A DNA stretch of 32,000 nucleotides from Thermosulfurimonas dismutans (GCF_001652585.1 NZ_LWLG01000012.1:37030-69029); one strand, 5' to 3'. Positions 16,260 to 24,986 are shown, numbered from the stretch's first letter. Notes: a model not told the origin generated them from the sequence alone. Translations and numbers: made by a program.

Positions 16260-16787
16260 ATGAAAAAGTTACTGCTTTTTTTTATTATTTTCAGCCTCAG
16301 CTTCGGCACCGCTCTGGCAGAAAATCTCAAGATAGGCGTGATTGATCTCCAGAAGGTAGTCAGGTCTTCCAAGGCCGGCCAGGAGGCCATGACTCAGCTC
16401 CAGGCCAAGTTTGAAAAATTAAAAAAGCAGCTGGAAGCCAAACAAAAAGAAATCGCAGCTTTCAAAGCCGAGTTTGAAAAAAAGGCCCCGCTTCTTTCCG
16501 AAGAGGCCCGGGCGGAAAAGCAACGGGAATACCAGAAAATGATTCGGGAATTCCGGGCCCAGCAGGAGGATGCCCAGTATGAAATGAAGGAGGCGGAGAA
16601 GAAGGCCCTCCAGCCCATCTTTAAGGATCTTGAAAAAGTCATAAAGGAAATGGCCCAGAAGGAAGGCTACGATCTCATTATCGAAAAGAACATGCCTGGA
16701 GTCTACTGGGTCTCCCCCGGGGTGGAGATCACCCAGCACGTGATCGAACTCTACGATCAGTATCGATCCTCTAAGGCTGAAAAATAG
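16260..16787 (+). CDS. skp: OmpH/Skp-family periplasmic chaperone
   Basis: Signal peptide, 'KIGVIDLQKV' start and a long Lys/Glu/Gln coiled region typical of Skp. AAGGAGG RBS. Confidence 0.8.
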   Translation: MKKLLLFFIIFSLSFGTALAENLKIGVIDLQKVVRSSKAGQEAMTQLQAKFEKLKKQLEAKQKEIAAFKAEFEKKAPLLSEEARAEKQREYQKMIREFRAQQEDAQYEMKEAEKKALQPIFKDLEKVIKEMAQKEGYDLIIEKNMPGVYWVSPGVEITQHVIELYDQYRSSKAEK

Positions 16788-17726
16788 ATGCTCCTTTGCG
16801 GAGATCTAGGGGGCACACGGGCGAGGTTAGCCCTTTTTTCGGAAAGCGGGCCCCTTCGTCCTCAAAAATTGAAGATTTACCCTTCGAAAGATTTCCGAGG
16901 GGTAGGCCATCTCATCCGGATCTATCTTGAGGAAACCGGAGCTCGTCCTGAGGCCGCGGTCCTTTCCTTAGCCGGTCCGGTTCTGGGACAAGAAGTCCAC
17001 CTCACCAATCTAGGCTGGCAAGTATCGGTTGCAAATCTCCGGCGGGCCTTCGGTTTCAAGAAGGTCTACCTTCTCAATGATCTCGAGGCTGCGGCCTATG
17101 GTATTCCCAAACTCAAGTCTCGGGATCTAGAAATTCTACAGCGTGGAAGGCCGCCTTTCGGTAAGGTTTCGGCCATCGTGGCCCCGGGAACCGGCCTGGG
17201 GGAGGCCATTCTGGTACGCACAAAAAAATTCATCCTGGCTTTGCCTACCGAAGGTGGCCACACGGAGTTTCCGGCCGATAACGAAGAGGAATGGCATATT
17301 TATCAAGAGTGTAAGCGCCGTTTCGGACACGCTAGTCTCGAGCGAATACTTTCCGGACCGGGATTAGCCCTGCTTCATGAGCTCTTTTCGGTAGGAGAAA
17401 AGAAGAGCCCCGAAGAGGTGGTTGATCTTGCACGAAAAGGGTATCCTCCGGCAGAAAAGGCCGTAAGAACATTGGTGAGGATCCTTGGACGAGAGGCCGG
17501 AAACTTGGCCTTAAAGAGTCTGGCCTTAGGGGGGGTATATCTCGCCGGAGGACTATCGCCAACCCTCCTTCCATGGTTAAAAGAGGAGTTTCTTCCGGCT
17601 TTCTCGGACAAAGGACGACTCAGAGATCTTCTGCTCCGGATTCCGGTGAAGGTGGTACTTCATCCCTATCCGGCCCTTTTCGGAGCGGCCGAATTTTATC
17701 GTCATCCATCTCCCCTTCGAGGCTGA
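16788..17726 (+). CDS. glk: glucokinase
   Basis: 'LLCGDLGGTRARLALF' (the GDIGGTNAR-type ATP motif), 'TEGGH' and C-terminal 'IPVKVVLHPYPALFGAAEF', aligning with Glk-family termini. Confidence 0.85.
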   Translation: MLLCGDLGGTRARLALFSESGPLRPQKLKIYPSKDFRGVGHLIRIYLEETGARPEAAVLSLAGPVLGQEVHLTNLGWQVSVANLRRAFGFKKVYLLNDLEAAAYGIPKLKSRDLEILQRGRPPFGKVSAIVAPGTGLGEAILVRTKKFILALPTEGGHTEFPADNEEEWHIYQECKRRFGHASLERILSGPGLALLHELFSVGEKKSPEEVVDLARKGYPPAEKAVRTLVRILGREAGNLALKSLALGGVYLAGGLSPTLLPWLKEEFLPAFSDKGRLRDLLLRIPVKVVLHPYPALFGAAEFYRHPSPLRG

Positions 17727-18123
17727 TCTCTCTTTCGTCCGCCGAAAGGTATACGAAGTGGACCCGGAAACGTGGAGGAGGGGCATCTTCAAGCCGTTCG
17801 GCCCACTCCACTACCATTACTCCCCGCGAAAGGAGATCCCAGAGGCCGAGATCTTCGACCTCTTCCGGTAAGAGCCGGTAAAGGTCCACATGGTAGAGGG
17901 GCACCCGCCCTTCATACTCGTTTATGAGAGCGAAGGAGGGACTGACTACATAGGTTTCCTCTGGGACACCGAGGCCCCGAGCCAGCCCTTTCACGAAAGT
18001 GGTTTTCCCGGTTCCAAGGTCACCGTAAAGGAGAACCAGATCTCCAGACACAAGCCTCCGCCCCAGGGCCTCTCCTAGGGCCTCGGTCTCCTCGGCGCTC
18101 TTAGTCCTATAAACCTTGCCCAT
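17620..18123 (-). CDS. tsaE: tRNA t6A37 biosynthesis ATPase TsaE
   Basis: 'LYGDLGTGKTTFVKGLARGLG' P-loop and 'SPSFALINEY....LYHVDLYRL'. The last ~30 aa are a non-conserved-looking tail encoded antisense to the glk 3' end. Confidence 0.85.
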   Translation of the reverse strand: MGKVYRTKSAEETEALGEALGRRLVSGDLVLLYGDLGTGKTTFVKGLARGLGVPEETYVVSPSFALINEYEGRVPLYHVDLYRLLPEEVEDLGLWDLLSRGVMVVEWAERLEDAPPPRFRVHFVYLSADEREISLEGEMDDDKIRPLRKGPDRDEVPPSPESGAEDL

Positions 18124-19675
18124 AGAAAGAAAGTGTCCTCAAGACGCGCGGAAGATTGCGGGCGACCTCGGAGGCCGTAAAGCCATAAGGCCCAAGGCGA
18201 CGAGAAAGGTCATCCCCGGAGGCCCCGTGGAGATAGACCGCCAGGCAGGCGGCCTCAAAGGAATCATATCCCTGGGCCAGTAGAGCCCCGATCAATCCCG
18301 AAAGCACGTCTCCCATCCCGCCTTGGGCCATACCAGGATTTCCGGTAGCATTTACCGCCTCTCGACCATCCGGGGAAGCTACCACCGTGGCCGCGCCCTT
18401 GAGCACCACCACCGCCCCGGATGTCTCGGCCGCGGCTCTGGCCACCGCCAGCCGATCGGCCTGTATCTCATCCTTGGGTTTTCCAAGGAGTCTGGCCATC
18501 TCTCCGGGATGAGGTGTGATAATCCTCAGCCCCCGGGACTCTTTGAGAAGTTCGAGGTCCCCGGCAAGGGCCGTAAGGGCATCGGCATCAAGCACGGTAG
18601 GCACTGGAAGCTCCATCGCTAGTCTCCGAGAAAGGGCCTTAGCTTCTTCAGAAAGCCCGAAACCAGGCCCAAGGACCACCGCCTTCATGCGAGAGGCAAG
18701 CTCAAGGATACTTTCTGCGGCCTCAGGAGTGAGTTCTGCCTCTAGAGTTTCGGGTTCAAGCCCCGCAGTGAGGATCTCGGGGACATATCCGGCAAAGAGA
18801 TCCTGGAGGCTTCTGGCCGAGGCCAGGGTAACCAAACCGGCCCCTCCACAGAGGGCCCCCAGGGCCGCAAGCACCGCGGCCCCGGTTTTTCCCCGGGAGC
18901 CAGCTAGAATAAGCACATGTCCATAAGTGCCTTTGTGGGTATCTGGAGACCGAACCTTGAGAACTGAAGCCGCCCAGGTCCGATCCAAGTATTCCCGTAG
19001 AGGGGCCTTTTCCTCAATTACTCTCCGCGGCATACCGATATCCACTACCCGAAGTTCGCCCACATAGGTTTTTCCGGGGTAGATCACCTGCCCCACTTTG
19101 GGAAGAGCCATAGTGGCCGTAAGGGTAGCCCGAATAGCCACTCCCAGAGGCCTCCCGGTATCCGCTGAAAGTCCGGAGGGCATGTCCACCGCCACCACCG
19201 GGAGCCCGCTTCCGTTGATTAGTTTTACCGCCAGGGCAAAACGCCCGGAAAGCTCTCTCGAAAGCCCCGTCCCGAAAAGGGCGTCCACGATAAGACCGGC
19301 AGAACGAATCTCCGCAAAAAGCTCTTTTACCGCCTCCTCGGTTAAGGCCCAAATCATAGGGACACCCGCATAGCGGGCCACCCGAAGGTTTATCCCGGCC
19401 TCTCCTCGATATTTCTCCTCCGGGGCCATAAGCACCGCCTTCACCGGTAGCGCATGCTGATGGAGATGCCGGGCCACCACCAGGCCATCTCCCCCGTTGT
19501 TCCCGGGACCGCAGAAGATAAGAGTTCCGCGGTAGGCCTCCTCACGAAATCTTTCCAAAATAAGTTCGGCCACCCCCCGACCGGCATTCTCCATGAGGAC
19601 TTCGGCCGGGACACCTACCTCCTCGATAGTGTAACGATCCAAGGTCTGCATCTCGGCGGCATAAACCAGACGCAT
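18107..19675 (-). CDS. nnr: bifunctional NAD(P)H-hydrate epimerase / ADP-dependent dehydratase
   Basis: N-terminal YjeF_N domain ('CGPGNNGGDG') plus C-terminal carbohydrate-kinase-fold dehydratase ('GGMGDVLSGLIGALLAQG'). Confidence 0.9.
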   Translation of the reverse strand: MRLVYAAEMQTLDRYTIEEVGVPAEVLMENAGRGVAELILERFREEAYRGTLIFCGPGNNGGDGLVVARHLHQHALPVKAVLMAPEEKYRGEAGINLRVARYAGVPMIWALTEEAVKELFAEIRSAGLIVDALFGTGLSRELSGRFALAVKLINGSGLPVVAVDMPSGLSADTGRPLGVAIRATLTATMALPKVGQVIYPGKTYVGELRVVDIGMPRRVIEEKAPLREYLDRTWAASVLKVRSPDTHKGTYGHVLILAGSRGKTGAAVLAALGALCGGAGLVTLASARSLQDLFAGYVPEILTAGLEPETLEAELTPEAAESILELASRMKAVVLGPGFGLSEEAKALSRRLAMELPVPTVLDADALTALAGDLELLKESRGLRIITPHPGEMARLLGKPKDEIQADRLAVARAAAETSGAVVVLKGAATVVASPDGREAVNATGNPGMAQGGMGDVLSGLIGALLAQGYDSFEAACLAVYLHGASGDDLSRRLGPYGFTASEVARNLPRVLRTLSFYGQGL

Positions 19676-19676
19676 C

Positions 19677-20057
19677 TCAAACCTCCCTTTCCAAGACCAC
19701 TACGGCGACCGCCAATCCAGCTTCATGGGTCACCGAGACCCAGATACGGTTGGCCTTTTTCCGAAAAAGGGCCTCGGCCCGACCATAAAGACGAACCTCT
19801 GGCCTGCCGGAAACCGGATCCCTCACAAGACTTACCTCTTTGAACCGAAATCCAGAGATTCCAGTTCCCAAGGCCTTACCGAAGGCCTCCTTCACCGCAA
19901 AGGCCGCGGCCAGCGAGCTGTCGGGAGGATTCTTTTTAAGGGCGTAGGCCACTTCTTCCTCCGTAAAAATTCGACCGAGAAACCTCTCTCCATAAAGCTC
20001 CCGTAGCTTCCTGATCCGGCCTTCCTCTACCAAATCGACACCTAACCCGCAAAGCAT
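19677..20057 (-). CDS. acpS: holo-[acyl-carrier-protein] synthase
   Basis: 126 aa with 'GVDLVE..RI', 'FTEEE', 'FAVKEAFGKALGTG' and a 'SVTHE' ending pattern. Confidence 0.9.
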   Translation of the reverse strand: MLCGLGVDLVEEGRIRKLRELYGERFLGRIFTEEEVAYALKKNPPDSSLAAAFAVKEAFGKALGTGISGFRFKEVSLVRDPVSGRPEVRLYGRAEALFRKKANRIWVSVTHEAGLAVAVVVLEREV

Positions 20058-20066
20058 GTTTCAGTA

Positions 20067-20075
20067 ATTATACCA
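20067..20075 (-). promoter_or_regulatory. extended -10 promoter (TGGTATAAT) for acpS; predicts a leaderless or near-leaderless mRNA
   Basis: The minus strand reads TGG-TATAAT-tactgaaac-ATG. Only 9 nt separate the -10 hexamer from the acpS ATG, and there is no SD sequence. Confidence 0.45.
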
Positions 20076-20084
20076 AAACTCGAC

Positions 20085-20113
20085 TTGACTTTTAGTGCTA
20101 TTTTTACTAAAAA
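20085..20113 (+). promoter_or_regulatory. candidate sigma-70 promoter for the Ni/Co uptake genes
   Basis: TTGACT (20085-20090), 17-nt spacer, TAAAAA (20108-20113), about 33 nt before ATG 20147. Confidence 0.3.
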
Positions 20114-20146
20114 AATAACACGCAAACAAAATTAAAGGGGGCAAAA

Positions 20147-20983
20147 ATGAAGAGAGCACTCTGGTTGCTACTGACGGCGATTATTCTTCCTAGCTTGGCT
20201 TGGGCCCATTTTTTGATTGCTATTCCGGAAAAGGGCCAAGGATACGGTCTACGGGGGCAAGAACTCGCTTTCATGATCCTGTTTGGCCATCCCTTTGAAG
20301 GCATCCTCTACGACCTCAAGGCCCCTAAGGGTTACGTCGTTACTCCTAAAAACAAGAAAGACAAAGTCTCCCTGGCCCGAATCACCGTCAAGGACTACGC
20401 TTCCGGGAAGAAACGTTTTGGATATCGGATAACCTATCTTCCTACCGAGCGGGGGGACTATCTCCTGTGTCTTGAAGGCCGACCCTATCTAAATGAAGAA
20501 GAGGGGGAGGTTTGGAAAGATCACATGAAAACCCCCTTCCATGTACAGGTAGAACGAGGATGGGCGAATCTCTGTGGCTTTGGACTCGAGATTGTCCCGC
20601 TCACTCGCCCCTACGGTCTCACTGTAGGCCGGGTCTTCAAGGGTAGGGTCCTTTTGAACGGCAAACCGGCGGCCGGCATCACCCTTGAGATCGAAAAATT
20701 CAATGGTTTTTACGTCCCAGAAGAGAAACTCCCGCTCGATGCCTATGGCCGAGTTAACGATCCCCTCATCACCCTAACCGTTACGACCGACGAGCAAGGC
20801 TATTTCACGATCGGATTCAGTGAGCCTGGCTGGTGGGCCATCAACGCCGCCATTTCCGGAGGGAAAATCACCTACGCCAATCGCACTTTTCCTCTGGTGA
20901 TCCGTTCCGGTATGTGGCTCTATGTCTTTCCAGCGAAACCAGTAGCTCCCACCGGTTTTGATCTACGTCCGGAGGAGAGATAA
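20147..20983 (+). CDS. DUF4198-family periplasmic protein (NikK-like accessory component of Ni/Co ECF transporters)
   Basis: Signal peptide ending 'SLAWA|HF' (mature N-terminal His). Transthyretin-like block 'GRVLLNGKPAAGITLEIE' and '..TTDEQGYFTI', typical of DUF4198. Followed by cbiM/cbiQ-type genes. Confidence 0.7.
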   Translation: MKRALWLLLTAIILPSLAWAHFLIAIPEKGQGYGLRGQELAFMILFGHPFEGILYDLKAPKGYVVTPKNKKDKVSLARITVKDYASGKKRFGYRITYLPTERGDYLLCLEGRPYLNEEEGEVWKDHMKTPFHVQVERGWANLCGFGLEIVPLTRPYGLTVGRVFKGRVLLNGKPAAGITLEIEKFNGFYVPEEKLPLDAYGRVNDPLITLTVTTDEQGYFTIGFSEPGWWAINAAISGGKITYANRTFPLVIRSGMWLYVFPAKPVAPTGFDLRPEER

Positions 20984-22035
20984 TGCATATCGCCGATGGG
21001 GTCCTTCCGGCCTGGATTTCGGGTGTAGGGTGGGTGGTGACCGCTGGGGGAGTGGTTCTTTCTCTGCGCAGACTACCGGTGGAAGAAGTCCCCAAGATCA
21101 GCCTGGTGACCGCGGCCATCTTCCTAGCAAGCCTTATCCACGTCCCTCTAGGCCCTACCAGCGTCCATCTCATACTGAATGGGCTGGGCGGTCTCCTACT
21201 CGGGCCGCTGGCCTTCCTCTCCTTTTTTATAGCCCTCGCCCTCCAGGCCCTTCTCTTCCAGTTCGGAGGACTCTTTTCCCTAGGAATCAACACCTTGGTG
21301 ATGGGAGGACCGGCTTTCATGGTGGGTCTCCTGACTTATAAAGGTGGCTTCCACCGAAATACGATCCTTTCGGGTGTGCTTTGCGGAGGAGCGGTTCTTC
21401 TTTCCGGTCTTTTACTGGCTCTGACTCTCTCGCTTGCCGGAGAGAACTTTCTGGGAGTAGCCCGTTTGGCCCTGGTAGCCCATTTGCCGGTGGCCGTATT
21501 AGAAGGGCTCATCGGGGCTCTCACCTTAAAGACTCTGAAGGCCCTGAAACCCTCTCTCTTTCCTGCGTGTTTGATCCTCATCCTTATACCAAGCCTATCT
21601 TCAGCCCATCGTCTGGACCTGGATCTCTTCCCGGAAAAAACCACCATTCGAGTGGAAGCCTTTTTTCCGGACGGCACTCCGGCTGTAGGAGATCGAGTAG
21701 AAATGTCCTATCAGGGTAAGGTCATCGCCACCTGCACCACAGATTCCGAAGGGGTGTGTACCCTACCTCGGCCTAACTATCCCGAGGTAAAGATCGTACT
21801 TTCCGGTAAACTGGGCCACCGGGTGGAAAGGACCCTCAAACTAGCAACCAATACCTTTCCGGCCCAAGAAACCCGTGAGTCCTCTCAAGGTCCTTCTAAG
21901 GTCAAGATTCACAAAGAAAAATTCCCGACCACCGAAGTTCTGGCTGGCTTGGGATTTATCTTTGGCCTTTCAGGGTTTATAGTCGCCTGGGACACCCGAC
22001 GGAGGTTTAAGGCCCTTGCATCTTCCGGAAATTGA
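20983..22035 (+). CDS. cbiM: CbiM/NikM-type ECF substrate-capture component fused to a C-terminal extracytoplasmic domain plus TM anchor (NikL/CbiN-like?)
   Basis: N-terminus 'MHIADGVL' (Met-His N-terminus characteristic of CbiM/NikM) with about 6 TM helices. Then 'HRLDLDLFPEKTTIRVEAFFPDGTPAVGDRVEM...TTDSEGVCTL' (carboxypeptidase-regulatory-like fold pattern) and a terminal TM 'VLAGLGFIFGLSGFIVAW'. TAATG overlap with the upstream gene. Confidence 0.8.
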   Translation: MHIADGVLPAWISGVGWVVTAGGVVLSLRRLPVEEVPKISLVTAAIFLASLIHVPLGPTSVHLILNGLGGLLLGPLAFLSFFIALALQALLFQFGGLFSLGINTLVMGGPAFMVGLLTYKGGFHRNTILSGVLCGGAVLLSGLLLALTLSLAGENFLGVARLALVAHLPVAVLEGLIGALTLKTLKALKPSLFPACLILILIPSLSSAHRLDLDLFPEKTTIRVEAFFPDGTPAVGDRVEMSYQGKVIATCTTDSEGVCTLPRPNYPEVKIVLSGKLGHRVERTLKLATNTFPAQETRESSQGPSKVKIHKEKFPTTEVLAGLGFIFGLSGFIVAWDTRRRFKALASSGN

Positions 22036-22759
22036 TCGCTATAGCCGAAAAGACGGTCCTCTAAACCGCGTTGATCCTCGGATAAAACTGCTATCTCTGG
22101 GCCTAATCCTTCTAGCCGTCAATCTTACCTGGCACCTGAAAGTCGCGGGACTCTTTCTAGGAGTCTCCATCGTAATGCTTTCGGTATCTGGCTTGCCTCT
22201 AAACTTTGTCCTCTGGCACCTTAGGGCGCCGGCGGCCATCGCCCTCCTTATCGGAGGGCTACTTTCGATCTCCAGCCCGGGAAAAACTTTTGGCTCTCCA
22301 ACCCCAGAAAGCCTCGCTCTAGGGCTTACCGTGATCCTCAAAGTACTCTCTTCTTTTATCTTTTTCCTGAGTTTAGTGGGCACCTCGCCTCTGTTTAAAA
22401 CCCTTCGAGCCGCAAGATCCCTAGGGGTTCCCGAAAAACTCTTGGCCCTCTTTATCTTTACCTATCGTTATGTTTTTGTCCTTCTCGATGATTTCGGGAC
22501 CCTTAAGCTGGCTATGATAGCCCGAGGATTTCGAGAAAAAACCAACTTCCATACTTACCGGCTCAAGGCCCGACTTTACGCCTTGCTCCTCTGGCGAGCC
22601 TATGAGGAAACCGAAAAGGTACTCTTGGCCATGTATGCTCGGGGCCTTTCTTCCCTCACGGTCCAAGGGTTATCCCCTATCGGGAAAGATGAAATTTTTA
22701 CGGGGATACCCCTCCTAGGGATTTCTCTCCTCCTTCTTGGATTCTCCATCTTCTGGTAA
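22016..22759 (+). CDS. cbiQ: CbiQ/NikQ-type ECF transporter transmembrane (T) component
   Basis: TTG start. 'RVDPRIKLL' N-terminus and 'ARGF' (the conserved coupling-helix Ala-Arg-Gly motif) in 'MIARGFRE'. Overlaps cbiM by 20 nt. Confidence 0.8.
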   Translation: MHLPEIDRYSRKDGPLNRVDPRIKLLSLGLILLAVNLTWHLKVAGLFLGVSIVMLSVSGLPLNFVLWHLRAPAAIALLIGGLLSISSPGKTFGSPTPESLALGLTVILKVLSSFIFFLSLVGTSPLFKTLRAARSLGVPEKLLALFIFTYRYVFVLLDDFGTLKLAMIARGFREKTNFHTYRLKARLYALLLWRAYEETEKVLLAMYARGLSSLTVQGLSPIGKDEIFTGIPLLGISLLLLGFSIFW

Positions 22760-22790
22760 AATAAGAGCAATTTCCAAAAAGGAGGTTCTC

Positions 22791-23039
22791 ATGCCTCTTA
22801 GGGCTTATATTCTCATCAACACGCAGATTGGAAAGACAGCGGAGGTTGCCCAAACCCTTTCTGAAATGCCGGAAGTAATAAAACTCGACGTTATTATGGG
22901 CCCTTACGACATCATCGCCCAGGTCGAAACTCTAGATCACGATACCCTTTCGGAAGTGGTTTTAAGGAAATTACAGAACATCCCCTACATCCAGCACACC
23001 ATGACCTGCCCAGTAGTCAAACTAGAGGAAGGGCACTAA
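22791..23039 (+). CDS. stand-alone Lrp/AsnC ligand-binding (RAM) domain protein
   Basis: I chose ATG 22791 (AAAAGGAGG RBS). 'RAYILINTQIGKTAEVAQTLSEMPEVIKLDVIMGPYDIIAQVETLDHDTL..VVL.KLQNIPYIQHTMT' matches the AsnC_trans_reg fold pattern with no HTH. Confidence 0.7.
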   Translation: MPLRAYILINTQIGKTAEVAQTLSEMPEVIKLDVIMGPYDIIAQVETLDHDTLSEVVLRKLQNIPYIQHTMTCPVVKLEEGH

Positions 23040-24256
23040 AGAAATCGTCGCAGGATCTCAGCGTAGCGTCTGGAAGCTCCACGTAGTTTCTCGGCCGAAA
23101 GCAAAGCCTTCCGGCCTATTTCGGAAGCCTTTGTAGGTTCTAAAAGCCACGATCTAAGGACAGTAGTTGCTTCTGCCGGATCTTTAGCCTGATGAGCTCC
23201 TTGTCCCAGAAGAAGCGCCCTGGCTTCAGGGCGAAAATTTTCCATGTGAGGACCAAAAAGTATTGGTTTACCGAAAACCGCTGGTTCCACCGGGTTTTGC
23301 CCCCCTTTTTCAACGAAACTACCACCTATGACCGCCACCTCGGAGAGGGCGTAAAGTCCGAAAAGCGGTCCCACCTCATCCACGATCACGATCCGAAAAC
23401 CGGAAAGCCCATTTGCTCCTCGGAAAAAACTTACGGAAAGTCCCAGAGGAGCCAAAGTTTTGAAAAAACTCTCGGCCCTTTCCGGATGCCGGGGAACCAC
23501 TACGAATCGGATGTCTGGGAGATCCTTGAGGGCCGAGATCATTTGCCGAACAATTTTCTCCTCTCCGCCCCTCACGCTTCCAAAAACCACCAGCTTCTCA
23601 CCGCCAACCAAACCGAGCCTTTCCCTGAGATCAGAAGGATCCAAACTTTTGGCCCTCTCAAAGAGGAGATCATGTTTGGCGTTCCCGAAAACTTCCACCC
23701 TCTGCGGAGGCGCTCCCAGAGCCAAAAATCTCTCCCGGTCCTCCGAGGAGATGGTCCCGATGAAGTTCACTCCTTCGAGAAGAGAGACCAAAAGAGGTTT
23801 GATCAGCCGATACCGCCGAAAGGCCTTCTCAGAGATTCTTCCATTGAGGATCAAGACCTTGGTGCCACGGGCAAAGGCCTCCTTTATAAGGTTTGGCCAG
23901 AGCTCGGTTTCAATCAGGACAAGAACCTTAGGCCTCAAGACTTCGAGGAAGGCGGCCACCGTCCGAGGGCCATCCCAGGGAGCAAGCTCTATCCTCATCC
24001 CCGACATATTTCCGAGGAGGCTTTTTGCTCGCTTGAGACCGGTTTGGGTCTGAAGGCTAAGAAAAATCGGAATGTCCGGGTGTTTAGCCTTTAAAGCCTT
24101 GAGAATAGCCCCGGCTACCTGGACCTCCCCCACGGAGGCCGCATGCATCCAGAGGGCCACCGGCGGAGATGAGTTCGGCCTACGGAACCGCTCTGGGAAT
24201 CGATGAGCCAGGCCCTTCTCCAAAAAGAAACTCAAGAAACGATAGAACTTATACAC
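23036..24256 (-). CDS. waaA: 3-deoxy-D-manno-octulosonic acid (Kdo) transferase
   Basis: GTG start. 'LWMHAASVGEVQ' (compare E. coli 'WLHSVSVGE'), 'ETELWPNLI' and C-terminal 'GGSFV..GGQNPVEPA'. Confidence 0.9.
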   Translation of the reverse strand: MYKFYRFLSFFLEKGLAHRFPERFRRPNSSPPVALWMHAASVGEVQVAGAILKALKAKHPDIPIFLSLQTQTGLKRAKSLLGNMSGMRIELAPWDGPRTVAAFLEVLRPKVLVLIETELWPNLIKEAFARGTKVLILNGRISEKAFRRYRLIKPLLVSLLEGVNFIGTISSEDRERFLALGAPPQRVEVFGNAKHDLLFERAKSLDPSDLRERLGLVGGEKLVVFGSVRGGEEKIVRQMISALKDLPDIRFVVVPRHPERAESFFKTLAPLGLSVSFFRGANGLSGFRIVIVDEVGPLFGLYALSEVAVIGGSFVEKGGQNPVEPAVFGKPILFGPHMENFRPEARALLLGQGAHQAKDPAEATTVLRSWLLEPTKASEIGRKALLSAEKLRGASRRYAEILRRFL

Positions 24257-24986
24257 TTCTCTGTCTCAGGACCTCGTAGATGGCAATGGCCCCGGCCACC
24301 GCGGCGTTAAGGGACTCGATATGACCACTCATAGGAATGCGCACCAGGAAATCGCATTCCTTTTTCACCCCTTCCCTGAGACCTTGGCCTTCGCTTCCTA
24401 TCACCAAGGCCACCGGCCCGGTCAAATCAAGCTCAAAGAGAAGACTTTCACCCTCAGGCGAGAGCCCAAAGACGAAAAGGCCTCTTTCCTTGAGTTTCCT
24501 TATGGCCTGTCTGAGATTGACCACCCTCACAATCGGAAGATGGAAAACCGCTCCCGCGGAAGCCTTGATGACCGCCGGCGTAACCCCTGCGGAACGATGT
24601 TTGGGGAGAAATAGCCCCGTAGCCCCTAAGGCCTCTGCGGTCCGAATAAGAGAACCTACGTTTTGGGGATCTGTAAGCTCATCAAGAAGAACCACCAACG
24701 GAGGAGACTGGAGTTCTTCAAGTTGACTCTCGAATTCTTCCAGAGAGGTGTAATCGAACCCGCGGAGATAGGCCACCACCCCTTGGGTCTTGGCTTCAGG
24801 GGGGACCTTAGGAGGATGAAAACTCCGAACCACCTTTACCGGAATTTCAAGGGCCCGGGCAAGTTCAAGGATCCGATATCGCCGACCTTTGAGTTCCTTG
24901 CCCGAAAGCCATATCTCTTCTATTTTCTCAGGCTGACTCCTCAAGGCCTCAAGGACGGGATTGATCCCCCAGATGACCTCAGACAT
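24249..24986 (-). CDS. rlmB: 23S rRNA (guanosine-2'-O)-methyltransferase, SpoU/TrmH family
   Basis: I chose ATG 24986 ('MSEVIWGINPVLEAL', the same N-terminal pattern as E. coli RlmB; TGATG overlap with gmk) over the upstream GTG at 25013. SpoU motifs 'LDELTDPQNVGSLIRTAEA', 'LVIGSEGQGL' and 'IPM.G.IESLNAAVA'. Confidence 0.85.
   Translation of the reverse strand: MSEVIWGINPVLEALRSQPEKIEEIWLSGKELKGRRYRILELARALEIPVKVVRSFHPPKVPPEAKTQGVVAYLRGFDYTSLEEFESQLEELQSPPLVVLLDELTDPQNVGSLIRTAEALGATGLFLPKHRSAGVTPAVIKASAGAVFHLPIVRVVNLRQAIRKLKERGLFVFGLSPEGESLLFELDLTGPVALVIGSEGQGLREGVKKECDFLVRIPMSGHIESLNAAVAGAIAIYEVLRQRSV

Noticed and set aside
17016-17033. TGGCAA...TTGCA, a sigma-54-like match inside glk.
   Set aside because: The GG-to-GC spacing is 12 nt rather than 10. 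It is intragenic with no plausible target.
20058-20146. Possible NiCo or cobalamin riboswitch, or a NikR operator, upstream of the Ni/Co uptake genes.
   Set aside because: The leader is only about 30-40 nt, too short for either riboswitch class. No GTATGA-N16-TCATAC-like dyad was seen.
23192-24094. 300-aa (+) ORF, and an overlapping 197-aa ORF at 23460-24053, antisense to waaA.
   Set aside because: These are shadow ORFs opposite a well-supported gene. The translation is Arg/Ser/Pro/Lys-rich and low in complexity, with no RBS and no recognisable motifs. The same judgement applies to other long antisense ORFs: 29685-30194 and 29265-29627 (opposite mnmA/RACo-like), 18323-18926 (opposite nnr), 20868-21320 and 21336-21677 (opposite the nik genes), 8795-9259 (opposite murA), 10163-10507, 10896-11457 and 3841-4311.
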